A stretch of DNA of 64,000 nucleotides from Perkinsela sp. CCAP 1560/9 (taxonomy: Eukaryota > Protista > Euglenozoa: Kinetoplastea). Positions 46,405 through 58,245 of this stretch are shown one piece after another. Under the pieces are notes generated by a model, which searched no databases, was not told the DNA's origin, and saw only the letters and a list, made by a program, of their open reading frames with translations. The DNA lies in NCBI GenBank assembly GCA_965644495.1, contig CBFFSA010000003.1, positions 1,240,001-1,304,000 of the forward strand. Reading direction: 5' to 3'. The translations under genes were made by a program, and so were the position numbers. Numbering within the stretch: position 1 is the stretch's first letter; each line of letters begins with the position of its first letter.

Positions 46405-48803
46405 CTGTGACCCCCCCCTTTAATATGGACACTTTTTCGGCTTTTGTCCATAATAAAGGGGGGGGGGGGCGATGAAAGGGGTGTGAAAAAAAATTCGGCG
46501 CCGCTTCGCGGCACCTTTTTTACTTATAATACGACAAAAAATCAAATTTGTAAAATCCATGTCCAGGAGAGAGGGCGAGGAGAGCAGAGGAAGAGGGCGG
46601 GGGAGGAGGGCGTCAATGAGGGGTGAAGGGGCACTTCTTCATAAGGGTGAAGGGTACATGGAGGATATACATTATTGATGTACACTATAATTAGGAATAA
46701 AAAATTAACAACAAGCAAAAAATCATGCATGCTCACATTCAGCTCTATATTCCGTGTAGCTATAAAGGTTCCATTCAGTTAAATTGTAGATGTTCTAACG
46801 TAAAAATCGAGCCCAAACTTCCTACTCATACAAAGTTTCACACAAATGAACTAAAGGTGGAAAGAAAGAACTTACGTTCACGACGGGAAAAAACAAGACC
46901 AACGTTAAGAGCTCACGTAAAAGAACCCACGTAAACTTATCACAACAAAATAACAGCCCTTTTACAATTCAAAAGTATCATCACACGCTACTGACTGATC
47001 CCACCCCTCTGTGTCCATGTCCCCGCGGTCATTGTCTGGATGAAGCATTAGTTGCCCTAAACAATCTTGAGTGTCAATTATTTCCTCATGAAGCTCTTCA
47101 TTTTTTCCACGTATCAACCAGGGTGGGAGGAGTCTCCTCTGTTTCCGGCACAACAATCGGCTCATTTCGTGAAGACTCTATTTGTGGTGAAATTTCCTCA
47201 CGGACTTTTATCTCAGCTTTCGCTTTTCTGGTTGGTTCACTTTCGGGATCCTTCTCGCTCCATGGATACTCTGTAGCTGGTTGCTTGATGTACCTGCGGG
47301 CGGCGTTAAGAATAGTGTTGTGATGCTTTACCCATACTCTCGAATGGGCCTCTTTTATCCACTCCAGCACCAAATAACGAGTTACCTTACACGAAGAGTT
47401 CTGTATTCGCCATGCACTGAGCAACTCATTGTACGCCCTCTTAAATAGGCGATTGAATACTCGGTCGTGAATTTGGATCGTTTTCGTGCACCCGCCAGGA
47501 ATTGTGTGCGGGTCACAGTTGACGGGAATATCATCAGTGCGATGCCCCGTGAAGTCGTCAGTAACGATGGCCGTTGAAGATTGTTCCAGGGTAAGTGGCA
47601 AGTATCGGTGCATCATGCGGGGATATATATCATCTCGCACCCATCCAGAAGAGCTCACATCAATAAATATCCCTTTCAATTTATTCGCGTAACTCGTCAT
47701 TTCCGAATAAATTGTTGAGCTTTCTCTGCGCTTCGCTCCGTGCTCAAAAATTACAGTCGGGTGGAGCGGGTAAACTTCGCCGGCCCCTAAATCATAGACG
47801 CCCGCAAGAAATGCGGTTACTGTTTCCTTTGGGTTTGTATCCACTACCTTAGGTTGCGGGCACCCTACCGGAGCAAGTGTGTACCCTTGCACCTCTCCAT
47901 TGACAAACATGGCGGTTTCATCCCCGAAAAGCGCGAAACGGTAGCAACGGACTGTGTTTTGAACGTAGAGCTTTTCAGCCCAATGAGAAATTCTGAGGTT
48001 CACATCAGCGGGGGCTAAGCACTGTATTCTGCCCCACCGCCGCCACACCCAACCATAGTACCGTCTGAACTTCGCAGAAGTGTCTTCCAAAGCACTAATT
48101 GAAGTCAATCCCGTATTTTGTCGTATCATGTCGATGACGATATTTCTGGTGAAGGGACACCATAACGAGGAGGCTTGAACGCAGGAGCGGTGTACCCGTT
48201 CCATTGCCTCAGACTTATTGTAGCAAACTGCTTCGGGAACATTGTAGTCGCCTCCTCGAACGTTAAAAGCACGATTCCTGTGGTTGCTCCCCATGGAACG
48301 ATCAATGAGTTTTTGAAAGTAGCTCATACCGTGGCTACGGATTTCATATACTCCGCTTCGCGAAATTCCGTATTTTTCTCGGATTCTTTTTACCGAGAGA
48401 GTCGATCGGCAGATTTCGCGCTTCTCGTATATATTAAGCTCAGTTCGTCCCCTTTTCTCCTTTACGTGGATATCTAAAGAAGCGTGGACATTGCGCTCAT
48501 TTGTAATCAACATTGTTGGATTACCTACCTGTGGCTTTGGGGGTGTTGCCTTAATCCAAGAGGTTAAGGGTCCTTCCACGGAATTCATTAGGTTGAAAAA
48601 TGACTGAAATATATGAACATGACGAACTATGTGAAAGCTGATAAAATTACCTAGCTACAGATACCCTAAAAAACAGAAAAAAAGAGACAAAAAAAAGGGT
48701 ACGTCAAAAAAAAAAATTGGCGCCGCTGCGCGGCGCACGGTCGGATTTGTCCACAATAAAGGGGGGGGATACCCCCTGTCCATATTAAAGGGGGGGGTCA
48801 CAG
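46405..48803 (-). mobile_element. Pogo-like DNA transposon copy 2, full length
   Basis: TA|CTGTGACCCCCCCCTTTAATATGGACA ... TGTCCATATTAAAGGGGGGGGGTCACAG|TA. Confidence 0.94.
47098..48588 (-). CDS. Pogo-family (DDE_1) transposase, DD30D, intact 496 aa
   Basis: N-terminal psq-like HTH (EL.I.EK.EIC...KYGIS), FGDETAM, KETVT, S.SGW, VTDDFTGH, IPGGCT..IQIHD..FN..FK..Y. Confidence 0.9.
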   Translation of the reverse strand: MNSVEGPLTSWIKATPPKPQVGNPTMLITNERNVHASLDIHVKEKRGRTELNIYEKREICRSTLSVKRIREKYGISRSGVYEIRSHGMSYFQKLIDRSMGSNHRNRAFNVRGGDYNVPEAVCYNKSEAMERVHRSCVQASSLWCPFTRNIVIDMIRQNTGLTSISALEDTSAKFRRYYGWVWRRWGRIQCLAPADVNLRISHWAEKLYVQNTVRCYRFALFGDETAMFVNGEVQGYTLAPVGCPQPKVVDTNPKETVTAFLAGVYDLGAGEVYPLHPTVIFEHGAKRRESSTIYSEMTSYANKLKGIFIDVSSSGWVRDDIYPRMMHRYLPLTLEQSSTAIVTDDFTGHRTDDIPVNCDPHTIPGGCTKTIQIHDRVFNRLFKRAYNELLSAWRIQNSSCKVTRYLVLEWIKEAHSRVWVKHHNTILNAARRYIKQPATEYPWSEKDPESEPTRKAKAEIKVREEISPQIESSRNEPIVVPETEETPPTLVDTWKK

Positions 48804-51000
48804 TACGCCAAAAGGGTCGTAGCGATTGAAATCCGAATACTGCTTTCGCAATTTCGTCCCGTGGTGGGGAATTAAACGCGTTCCTCAAATCGATTGATAG
48901 AATACTGCATCCCTCGTGGTATAGTTCGGAGAGTTCATGGACGATTTGTTCACACCCAGCCTTAATCATAACACCGTATTGTATGGGCGCAAAGAGCGGT
49001 AACAACGTTTTTTCGTACCTCTGCAATAAGATGATTTCTGCTAGCTTAAGCATGGTTTCACCGACCGCGATTGGGCGGACTCCTCCTGAAGGTTTGGGAA
49101 TAGCTACTATTCGTGCGCGCTTTAGACGGTGCATCACCTCTTTTGAAAGACCCCCGTTGATAAGATCTGTAAACATGTGGCAAAGACTCGAGCAACATAT
49201 CTCATCATCGAGTAGCAAACGCATAATCGAGTCGGTTGTTCCGGTGGGACCTGGTGCAGCCCCTTTGGCCATACGTCTTCCGGCCTCTCGAATTTCGTTG
49301 GAAGTGATGCAGGCAGTTAAAGGGGCATCAGGTGGTAAGGAAAAGGTTGTTGGATGATCGGGATGTAGCTCTTTCAGTTTCTTAATCGTGTCATCATCAC
49401 TCAATTTGCGCGGCGCGACTTCCTGATCAAGGATTCTGGAAGCCTTAGAAACACACCCGTCGAGCACCATGCTGATTGCTTTCTTTATTGCGCGCGTGTC
49501 CGACACAGAGGGGTTTTAACTTTGCTCAGCGGAGAAAGTCTCGCCCGAAGGAGATAAGGCGGGACGACGGCGTCGACGTTTGGCGTTGGCTTTCCGCACC
49601 GTAGCGAGTGAGAATTTCATGGCTGATAGTATCCTGTGCCAGATTTTGTTTCGTTCCGGGTATGTGCTATCCGCGTATTCGCGAATTATGTCTCTATAAA
49701 TCGCAATGACACATGGCATGAATTCTGGACTCACAGTGCGTAGAGTAGGCATAGGTTCATAGTCTAAATCTTGTTCCGTGTGCGCACATGCGGCATTCTT
49801 AGATTTTGGGGCGGGGGAACATGATAACTTGGTCCATACTATTTGAAAGACGCGTACATTCGCATGCGGTGGGAGGTGCCCCGAGAACGTTTCTCCCCTC
49901 TTGTGTCCATGTATGCCGGAATAGCTTAACGTTATCTAACTCCTGCTCCCACGTTTCCGCATCAGCGTTACGATTCCTTTCGAGACATTTAACTTTGGTG
50001 TGCGATCGAAACTCCAAGCGATAAGACATGTGTCACCTGGTTCGGCACCCTGAGCTTCCTCCCAAATTTGGTCCGGCGGAATGGGAAAGTTGACAGTTGG
50101 ATTAACTGTGGTTAGGAAGCTCTCCACGATCTCCTCCTCACTTTGTTTTCCTTCTTGGATTGAAAAATCGTTCAGAGCATCTCTTGGCACCTCCGTCAAA
50201 GGAGACTCGCAGTCCCTGAATTGATCTTCCGGTTGTAGCTGAATGGTGGGCGCCGGTGTGCCATTCGTCTGAGCATCAAGGTGCGAGGAATCGGCAGTTG
50301 CTTTCGCCACGGTTGAGGAACTTGTTGGTGTAGTATCGTTAAACTCCTCGTTTACTGGAGCTCTCTTCTCGCGTCGACGGAAAATATTTGTCAGCAGATC
50401 CTTCGAGAACAGTTTCGAGGGTATTGTTACCGTGGAGTTTTTCACTGAGGCTGGCGGGCTGAGCGGTGGAGGTAGGGATGGTTGTTCTCCGTGGAAACAC
50501 GTTCGCCGGATTTGGTGGCTTGTAGCGGTGAAGTGGGTGGTGGGGATGATGGGGAGTGCGATCCGGTAGAGTTCTGCGAGACGTTTGAACCTGCAGTTAG
50601 GCTCTCTTTCCTCATTCTTTCCTGGCGCAGAGCTTCGTGAAATTTCCAGCGTGCTTCCTTACGTTCTTTCCTTTGCTGAAAGAGTTCTTCGTAAGAGAGG
50701 ATGCGTGCAGTCGGATTCAGCGGTCGCAACACTATGTCATCGGTTGTCCTCTCCGTTTCTTCCGTTTCTTCCGCTCTAGCATCTTTGCCTGGAGATCTGA
50801 CGGGGGAGCATGAGAGTGCTTTTGCGTAAGTAAGCGTTGCGTCCGGTGAAGTTTGCGAAACTATCTTTTGCATTTGATTCAGGATGGGTGGGGGACTTGC
50901 CGTCAAACGTGATGTGTGTCCTCATTCGCGATCTCCGCGACATCGAATGCATGACCTTACCTTGTTGATTTTTTTTCTTTTCCCTACCCTTTACAACGAC

Positions 51001-53543
51001 ATGTTTTGCTTACTACTAGGGAAGGGCACACACCAGGCGTCGCAGTCTCCTAAGAGACCACGCGACGTGTCTAACCAAAACAAAAACCTGTCCCTGAAAG
51101 GCACTCCCGCAGACAGGGTTGCAAAATCTGCTACCCGAACCGTCCAGGCTCTCATATCCCAAAAGAGCAATGAGTCCCTTACCAGCGACACAGGAGAAGC
51201 ACCCCCAGCTCCATGCAAACATCCTTGTAAGGACAAAAGCACCTGCGGACACCCCTGTTGCAAGCGGGGTGTAACGCGGCCACATATCCTGGTCACTCCT
51301 CACACAAACGAACTTCCCCCTCACCCCGTCCCCCCCACCACACAACAAACGGTTCCGGAATGCAAACACCGCTGCAAGGACAAAGCTCACTGTGAACACC
51401 CATGCTGCAAACGACACCTGGTACGCGTAGCAAAACCGGATACGTACAACAATAAGAGAAGTGACGCACCGGTGGATGCAAGAGAAGACGTAAAGGTGAT
51501 CACGGCTGTGAGTGTAATGCCGGTACAACGTAGCATGTCTGTAAAAACAAACAGACCTGCGGGCACCCATGTTGCAAACGTAATCTTACACCAACAACAT
51601 ACGAACTCACGAGCACTACGGCGAGCGGCCAAGAATCCGGGCCCAAAGAAGCTCCAAGTACGCGACAAAGGGACGAAACGTCACCGCCATGCACCCGTGA
51701 CCGCGTAACACAGGATGTGAAAGTACCGAAATCAAGCAACCTACTTGGCATGGCAGCGCGAGCTGCAACACGATATCTGTTTTCAAGCCGCACTCAACCG
51801 TACGCTAACGGCACTCCCTCAACCCCGGCGGTAACCGTACGACCTCACAGCAGCACCGGACAGGAACGCTTGTCGTACACAATAGCACCCTGTCCAAAAG
51901 ACGAACACGATTTACATGTACCCCCACCCAAGGAGGTTACTCCCCATCAAAAATCACCCACTGTTACCGTCGGTCGTGCCGTGGCATCAACTGCCTGCTC
52001 GCTTGCCAAATTCCTACTTTTCAACGGCGTTCCATGTCAAACTCCGGACTCCCAAAGCCTCCCCAAACCTAAATCTCCAACACAACTTCAGGTCCACGCC
52101 TTAACTAGAGTATGCAAGCATATCTGCAAGAGTAAAGATCAATGTAAGCACGTGTGCTGCAAGCAAGGCCTAGGCCCCGCCTCCGAACAAGCAGACCGTG
52201 TCGAGCCCTGTAAGCATAAATGTAAGAACAAAGCAGGGTGCGGCCATCCTTGCTGCAAACGCACTGGCACACCGTTGACTTCGCTTGACACACCGATAAG
52301 CAAACTGGATGGGCAGGATACTCTACCCACCGGCCCATGTACCCTTCCCAAGAATCTCGTCACACCGTCCCTAAACACAACCACTACGACAGCTGGCCGT
52401 GCCGTTGCCAGGGAACCAGCCATCCCGACTCCCAAAAACAAGGCACCGGAAAGTATCATTCTCTTGGACTCATCTTCCCCAGCACACCAACACAGTCCGC
52501 GGAATGAGAATGGCGATGACGAAGTCCCATCCTGGGTTTTCCAACAAGCGCACAGCGTAGGGCGAATACAAAGCCCGCCGCTTGAACAAGGAAGCCTCTT
52601 ACCCCCATCACAACTGGACACCCATTTACATTCGGATGAATCCGAGGGTCCCCAGACTCCCACACAAACTCCCGACAGCCCGTCACAGTATCTCCCGCCG
52701 CCCCAGGACCCCACGCATCCCGTAACCCATAACCGACACAAGCAACGTTTCCACTTTATCCAGTCCCGGTCAAAACCTGTCAAACTCCGCCTCGTCAACG
52801 ACAACACATGGAGATATTTCCCGGATGTGCATGCAGCATGCGTAAGCCAACTTGTGCGTAGTCGTATCCCTTCCCCCCAGGGGGCTGAAGCCGCCCTGTC
52901 CAAAGCGCTCAATGGGAAAAGTGCAGCACACGACATCGTCGTAGAAACGTGTACCGTAGACGAATTTATGGAAAAGAGAGCATGTGACTTTTTAGAAGTT
53001 AGTAGAGTAGACTCAACAAGTCACATTTCTCGCCACGCGAACTGGGTATCTCTTTTTCACGACAGCCGCCTGGAATTATACAACCACTACGCATCACCTA
53101 GCTCAATGGGTAAAGCGGTAAATACGGTACTGAACGGGAGAGCGGTCCCTGGGTTATCGGCGTTTCGGATCGTTCTGCTCCTTCGCACCGACGACAAAGA
53201 AGAAGTACAGCCATCAAAGCCCCAAACGGTCCCAACACTTCCACCATACGAGATTATTTCGCGTGACCACGCCTCCTCCTTGAAGCGGACGCACCCATGC
53301 CAACATCGATGCATAAGTAAACTCAAATGCAGCCATCCATGCTGCAAAATCTATGGACCATCCCTCGATCAGGGAATCGAAGGAGACTCTGAGGGGAGCC
53401 CCAACGCAGGACAAGAGCAAGAACACCCCGAACTTAACCCCCCCCACTTCCGCTTCCTCTCCGAGACCACTCGACGAGACGGAGTACTTTTTCCGCACGG
53501 CACGATACATCCAGGGGGGCAAGTTAAACATAAACTTGGCTGA
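51001..53543 (+). pseudogene. N-terminal region with five CxHxCx5CxHxCCK zinc fingers (two frames; probably one frameshifted ORF)
   Basis: Fingers at ~51214, 51361, 52113, 52209 and 53298. Confidence 0.7.
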
Positions 53544-56436
53544 CGCGCACTGGCACGAGGTGGAACGTAGGGCCCTCCACAGATGCAACACCTTGCTCAC
53601 TGTCTCTGGCGACGCACTCTCCGCCGTCCATAACGCAGAACTACTGAGTGCAATACTAGCGGTGTCGGCATATGAAGTGGCGCGAGACGTCGACTCCAGG
53701 AAGGGTTTCATTATCCGAACGGCTCGAGGACACACAAAGGGGAAAGTCCGTCCATTAGAAAGCGAAAAAGTTGCCTTTTCCTTCTCTCGACATGTAAAAC
53801 AACTACAAATGAAGCTGCGATACACACACGGCAAGGCTCCCCGCATGGCGTTGAAACAAAAGATTAAGGAAACCAAAAAGGCGGAACGTATATACAGCGC
53901 AGAAGCCATGGCCCAAAAACGGGAACTGGAAAGTCGCTGGGCACTTCAACAATTCAACCGCAATCCATGGACGGCTGCGAGTCAAACCTTGGACAAAAGG
54001 ACAGAAGCAGAAAGTGTACCGGCCTATCCGACTTGCAATGTACAGAAAGTGGAAAGTGTGTTCACAACATTACTTACGGACCCCACTACAGTGCATCACT
54101 TACCACCCCACGACGTCCTCGGAAACCGTCCTCTGGCAGAAATGACCTGGGACGAACTGGCTTCAATCGACATTTCGAACGCTCTCACATCAAAGAAAAA
54201 CAGCAGTGCTCCAGGCCAGGACTCCATTACGTACCAGACTCTAAAGCGATGCCACAGCTCCCACACCCACATGGCAAACGTCTTCAACGCGCTAGTGCGC
54301 TTCAGCACATGTCCGACGTCGTGGAAAATATCCGTCACTCGCCTCATTTACAAAAAAGGGGAGCCTGACAACCCACAAAACTGGCGTCCCATCGGCCTGA
54401 CTAGCGTACTAGGGAAACTCCGGCATTCCATCATCAGCCGGAAAATGACGAAATTCCTACTTGAAGCCTCTGTCATTGACCCCAAGATACAGAAAGGCTT
54501 TCTCCCCGCCATTAACGGTACTCTCGAACATACGCAATCCCTCTCAGAGCTCCTACGCCACTACCGGAAGAGCAAGTGGAACTATTGCATGGCCCAGCTA
54601 GACCTCAGTAACGCCTTTGGTTCAGTCCCCCGCAACATCATCTTTGAAGCACTGGAATGGGCGAGAATCTCCCCAAACATTATTAAATACGTCCAATGCT
54701 TATACACTGACGCAAGTACCCGCATTAAATGTTACGAAGGTCTGTCCAGCGCGATCCCAGCTAAACGAGGTGTCTTACAAGGTGACACTCTCTCTCCTAC
54801 GCTCTTTCTGGTGATTATGGAGCTAGCCCTACGTTACATGGCAAAATCGTTTCCCTCATTTGGATTGAACCTCCCTGGATTTCCAAAAAGCTTCCTAAAA
54901 GCGTACGCCGACGATCTCACGGTCCTGACGAATAGTGAAAAAGAAATTCAACTGGCTGTTGAAACACTATCCACGGTACTCGGTTCGCTTGGCCTTTCCA
55001 TCAACGTCAAAAAGTACAGAGTCCAATATATGGCGTCCAAGAAAAATGATGAACACCCCGGCTACGTGACACGACGTCCTCAAATTTTCATCAAGAACGA
55101 AGCTATACCGCATATATGCGACGAAGGAAGTACGTTTCTTGGCATGAATATTGCCCCCGGTTCTCAACAATCCCGAGCCCTTTTCACGAAAGTTAGGCCC
55201 TTATTGAAGCGATGGCTTCATAACATTGACCAGTCGGCCCACGACCTCCCATCAAAAATTTGGATATATCAACACGCAATCATCTCTCGGCTACGCTTCA
55301 CCTTTACTATACACCCATGTATCACGCTAAACTTTATTTTACGCCTTCAGAAAATGTGTACTCACTCCCTGAAACGGTGGATCAATGCGGCTAGAACTAC
55401 ATGCAGCGAAGCAATCTACTCTCAGCGTGGATGGAACATCTGCAGCTTGTCCAGACTCTGGGAGGACTGTACAGCTGATCTTCTCTGTCAAATGAAGCGG
55501 TCCCGAGACCCGAACGTTACCGCCGCACTGCAGGAAAGAATACGGGCTGAAGAACATAAGCGCAGGAAAGGCCAAATTCGACCAGCATGTGACATCACAC
55601 ACATACTGGACGATCGCGACCTCGCAAAACGAACTCTTCTTGAGCTTAATGAGGACCGAATGATCAACGCACTACGCCGCAGGTCAACGTTCGCTATTCA
55701 GTGGTGGGATATAGCCTCCGAGGAAGAACAGGCGAAAGATTTCAGCGCCGCGATAAACGGATTACGTAGCACTTCCCTTAGCCGCTTCGCAACTTCTTTA
55801 ATGGTACAAAACACTCTCCCTACTAGGACAATGCTGAGGACATGGGGAATTCACGGCACAGATACAGTACAATGCCGAATTTGTAAACAAGAACCGGAAA
55901 CATTACGACACCTCTTATCCTCGTGCAAGGTATCACTAGAACAGGGACGTTACACATATCGCCATGATTGTGTACTCTCCACCTTTGCAAACGCGATACT
56001 CTCTTCCCCCCATACCGCAGAGGCACATTTTGATCTCCCACACCTACGTCAACTACCCGCATGGTGGTCCGACCTGGAAACACAGCTCCGCCCAGATGGA
56101 ATCGTCAAACTCAACGACGGAACTGAATTTATCGTTGAGTTGACGATGCCCTGGGAGGAAAACGTACACGAAGCCCACTGCCGAAAAGTAGAAAAGTACA
56201 TAAATATTCTACACCGACGAAAAATAAGGTACTCAGACTGCCACTTGATATGCTTTGAAGTTGGAGCTAGAGGTCTCCCTTCTACGACGCTGCGTCACAT
56301 CAACCGTCTCTTTTTGGGTGACAAGGCACTCTCAGATAAGTGCCGTGTCGAAGTCATCCGAACGGCGATCCGGAGCAGCTTTCAACTCTGGCTGAAAAGG
56401 GAATCCCCTTTATGGGACAACCAAAGCTTTGGTTAG
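53353..56436 (+). CDS. Reverse transcriptase with CCHC finger and restriction-like endonuclease
   Basis: SAPGQD, LIYKKG, NWRPI, QKGF, LDLSNAFGSV, GVLQGDTLSP, AYADD, CRIC...H.LSSC, GRYTYRHD, RPDGIV, ELTMPWEE. Confidence 0.93.
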   Translation: MDHPSIRESKETLRGAPTQDKSKNTPNLTPPTSASSPRPLDETEYFFRTARYIQGGKLNINLADAHWHEVERRALHRCNTLLTVSGDALSAVHNAELLSAILAVSAYEVARDVDSRKGFIIRTARGHTKGKVRPLESEKVAFSFSRHVKQLQMKLRYTHGKAPRMALKQKIKETKKAERIYSAEAMAQKRELESRWALQQFNRNPWTAASQTLDKRTEAESVPAYPTCNVQKVESVFTTLLTDPTTVHHLPPHDVLGNRPLAEMTWDELASIDISNALTSKKNSSAPGQDSITYQTLKRCHSSHTHMANVFNALVRFSTCPTSWKISVTRLIYKKGEPDNPQNWRPIGLTSVLGKLRHSIISRKMTKFLLEASVIDPKIQKGFLPAINGTLEHTQSLSELLRHYRKSKWNYCMAQLDLSNAFGSVPRNIIFEALEWARISPNIIKYVQCLYTDASTRIKCYEGLSSAIPAKRGVLQGDTLSPTLFLVIMELALRYMAKSFPSFGLNLPGFPKSFLKAYADDLTVLTNSEKEIQLAVETLSTVLGSLGLSINVKKYRVQYMASKKNDEHPGYVTRRPQIFIKNEAIPHICDEGSTFLGMNIAPGSQQSRALFTKVRPLLKRWLHNIDQSAHDLPSKIWIYQHAIISRLRFTFTIHPCITLNFILRLQKMCTHSLKRWINAARTTCSEAIYSQRGWNICSLSRLWEDCTADLLCQMKRSRDPNVTAALQERIRAEEHKRRKGQIRPACDITHILDDRDLAKRTLLELNEDRMINALRRRSTFAIQWWDIASEEEQAKDFSAAINGLRSTSLSRFATSLMVQNTLPTRTMLRTWGIHGTDTVQCRICKQEPETLRHLLSSCKVSLEQGRYTYRHDCVLSTFANAILSSPHTAEAHFDLPHLRQLPAWWSDLETQLRPDGIVKLNDGTEFIVELTMPWEENVHEAHCRKVEKYINILHRRKIRYSDCHLICFEVGARGLPSTTLRHINRLFLGDKALSDKCRVEVIRTAIRSSFQLWLKRESPLWDNQSFG

Positions 56437-56829
56437 CAAATGGTCTAGCAGGCGACGTCATATGCGTACGTCCTGTTAGACTTTATTACTCTACAGGTAA
56501 TGCCCTGTATAGATATAATTAACGGTCTCGGGGTCTGCAATGAAGGCGTGAAAGTGTTTACAGATCTCAGAGGCTGCTGGTTTCCTTTGTCCGCTTTTTC
56601 CGGAGCCCTTTCTGGTGTTGACTTTTCGGGTGTTGACGCTGGGCAGGGCGGTGGTGATGTGGAGGCTGTGCTTGGGGGAGGGGGCGGCGACACTGTGGGC
56701 GGTTTCTTTTTCCTTCGATTCGGCAAAAGAGGCAAAATTACAGGAGTTTCCCCCGTTTCTTGTGCCTTGGCGCGGGTGGTCACGCCCATAAAACGTAAAG
56801 AATACAACAACCTTGAACTAGTAGAATAT

Positions 56830-57823
56830 ATACAACTTGAACTAGTAGAAAAAGGCCCCTTGATCATGGAAGCTGTGGAACGCACGAAGCGAATAAATAA
56901 ATTACCTGCCCCTAAATTGGGTGGAGCTACCAGATGGTGTACCGGCCGCTTCGAAAGTTTGCAGTACATTGCAGAAAATCTCCCATTACTCGGTTTGTAT
57001 ACGATGAAGTTACTTCGGGAAATGCGTCGGATTCTATCAAGAAATGTGCGGAAATTATAAAAGAAAGCGACCCCCAAGATTTGATGGGACAAGCACGCGA
57101 AATATTAGAGAGTAAGAGTAACAGTTAGAGGTTGTCCACAAGTCGTTGAAAAAGTTGTCAGATATGACCAATGAGCCCATGGCATTGGTCCCGTATCCAA
57201 TTTAACAGCGATTGAAGTCTGAAAGTGAGAAGGAAAATGCTAATCCTGAGTTAATAAAATCCCTACAGAAGCATAAACAGCGACTTGAAAATAAAGCATA
57301 CATGTACTATTGGTGCGCAGTAATGAGTTTTTCTCCATTGAACATTTTTTTGAGCAGGAAGCATCCGACAGCACAATGCCCCGTTATTAACGTTGATGTG
57401 GCAAACGACGTTTTTCAGAGTGAAGAACCTCTTTTTTATATTTCAGAAGACGAATGGAACTCTTATATTAATTGTAAGAACTTTGATTGGCAACCCTCCG
57501 TGCACACCTCCGTATGGAAATGGTGGGAAGATGTCGGAAAAGAAAACTTTCCATCTATATACCAAGCCGCTCGTCACTACTTGTGGGTGCCGCCAATCGC
57601 CACGGCATGTGATTCCCTGCTTTCCATTATGGGATGGAAGTATAATCCGCGTCAAGCCTCCCTTGATAGCGATGTAATCGCCACTCAAATGTTTCTTCGA
57701 GGGAATCTAAATAAATTGACTTATCTTTGTAAAGCGCCAGCCGATACACAGACAACTGAAGACGGATACAAAAGCGAAGGGGAAGATGAAACAGAACCTA
57801 GCGAATCGGAGCACGACATATAG
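56830..57823 (+). pseudogene. hAT transposase, C-terminal half with dimerisation domain, frameshifted
   Basis: GATRW; KWW....ENFPSIYQAARHYL.VP..ATACDSLLS....YNPRQASL. Confidence 0.8.
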
Positions 57824-58245
57824 TTTGAATTACATTTTCTTTATAAATTATATCCTAAAAAATCCCTGAATTCTGCAGCACATGATCTAACCACGTTTAG
57901 TTTCTTATTATGATGATGATGATGGGTGCACCCATTTGGCCTTTGCAGGCTGTTTAGTTTCTTATTAAGAACTAATGGAGGAACAAATAAAAATAAATCT
58001 CCGAGAGAGATTTATCCCCCGTGAAGATCTCATTCGTCCTCAAAGGATCGAGAATTCACGTTTAGACGGGCGAGACGTGATCTCCTAGCTGTCCGCCCAC
58101 AACATTGTCAACAACATACTATGTTAACGTTAACATAATATCAACATATTATCAACATTGAAATACCCTTGTCACTTTTTTTCGTCAACATTCCCTCAAC
58201 ATATAAACCCTTGTCAATTCTTTTATTTTCAACGATCTATTTCTT

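Larger units (their letters stand above)
50907..56520 (+). mobile_element. Hero/NeSL-like RLE non-LTR retrotransposon, apparently full length, inserted into CRE copy 1
   Basis: Joining the flanks (AA duplicated) restores QTPRPLTASPPP of the host CRE ORF; contains a zinc-finger region followed by RT-RLE. Confidence 0.82.
44348..56789 (-). mobile_element. CRE/SLACS-like RLE retrotransposon copy 1, split by three younger insertions
   Basis: ORF pieces 56789-56521, 50906-48804, 46404-46133 and 45917-44468. Motifs AAPGPTG, IPK..GGVRPIAVGE, QYGV, IDLRNAFN, GVRQGSPLS, AYIDD, CPGC...H..GC, PDIV, YDFTIVH. A8 tail on minus at ~44348-44355. Confidence 0.85.
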
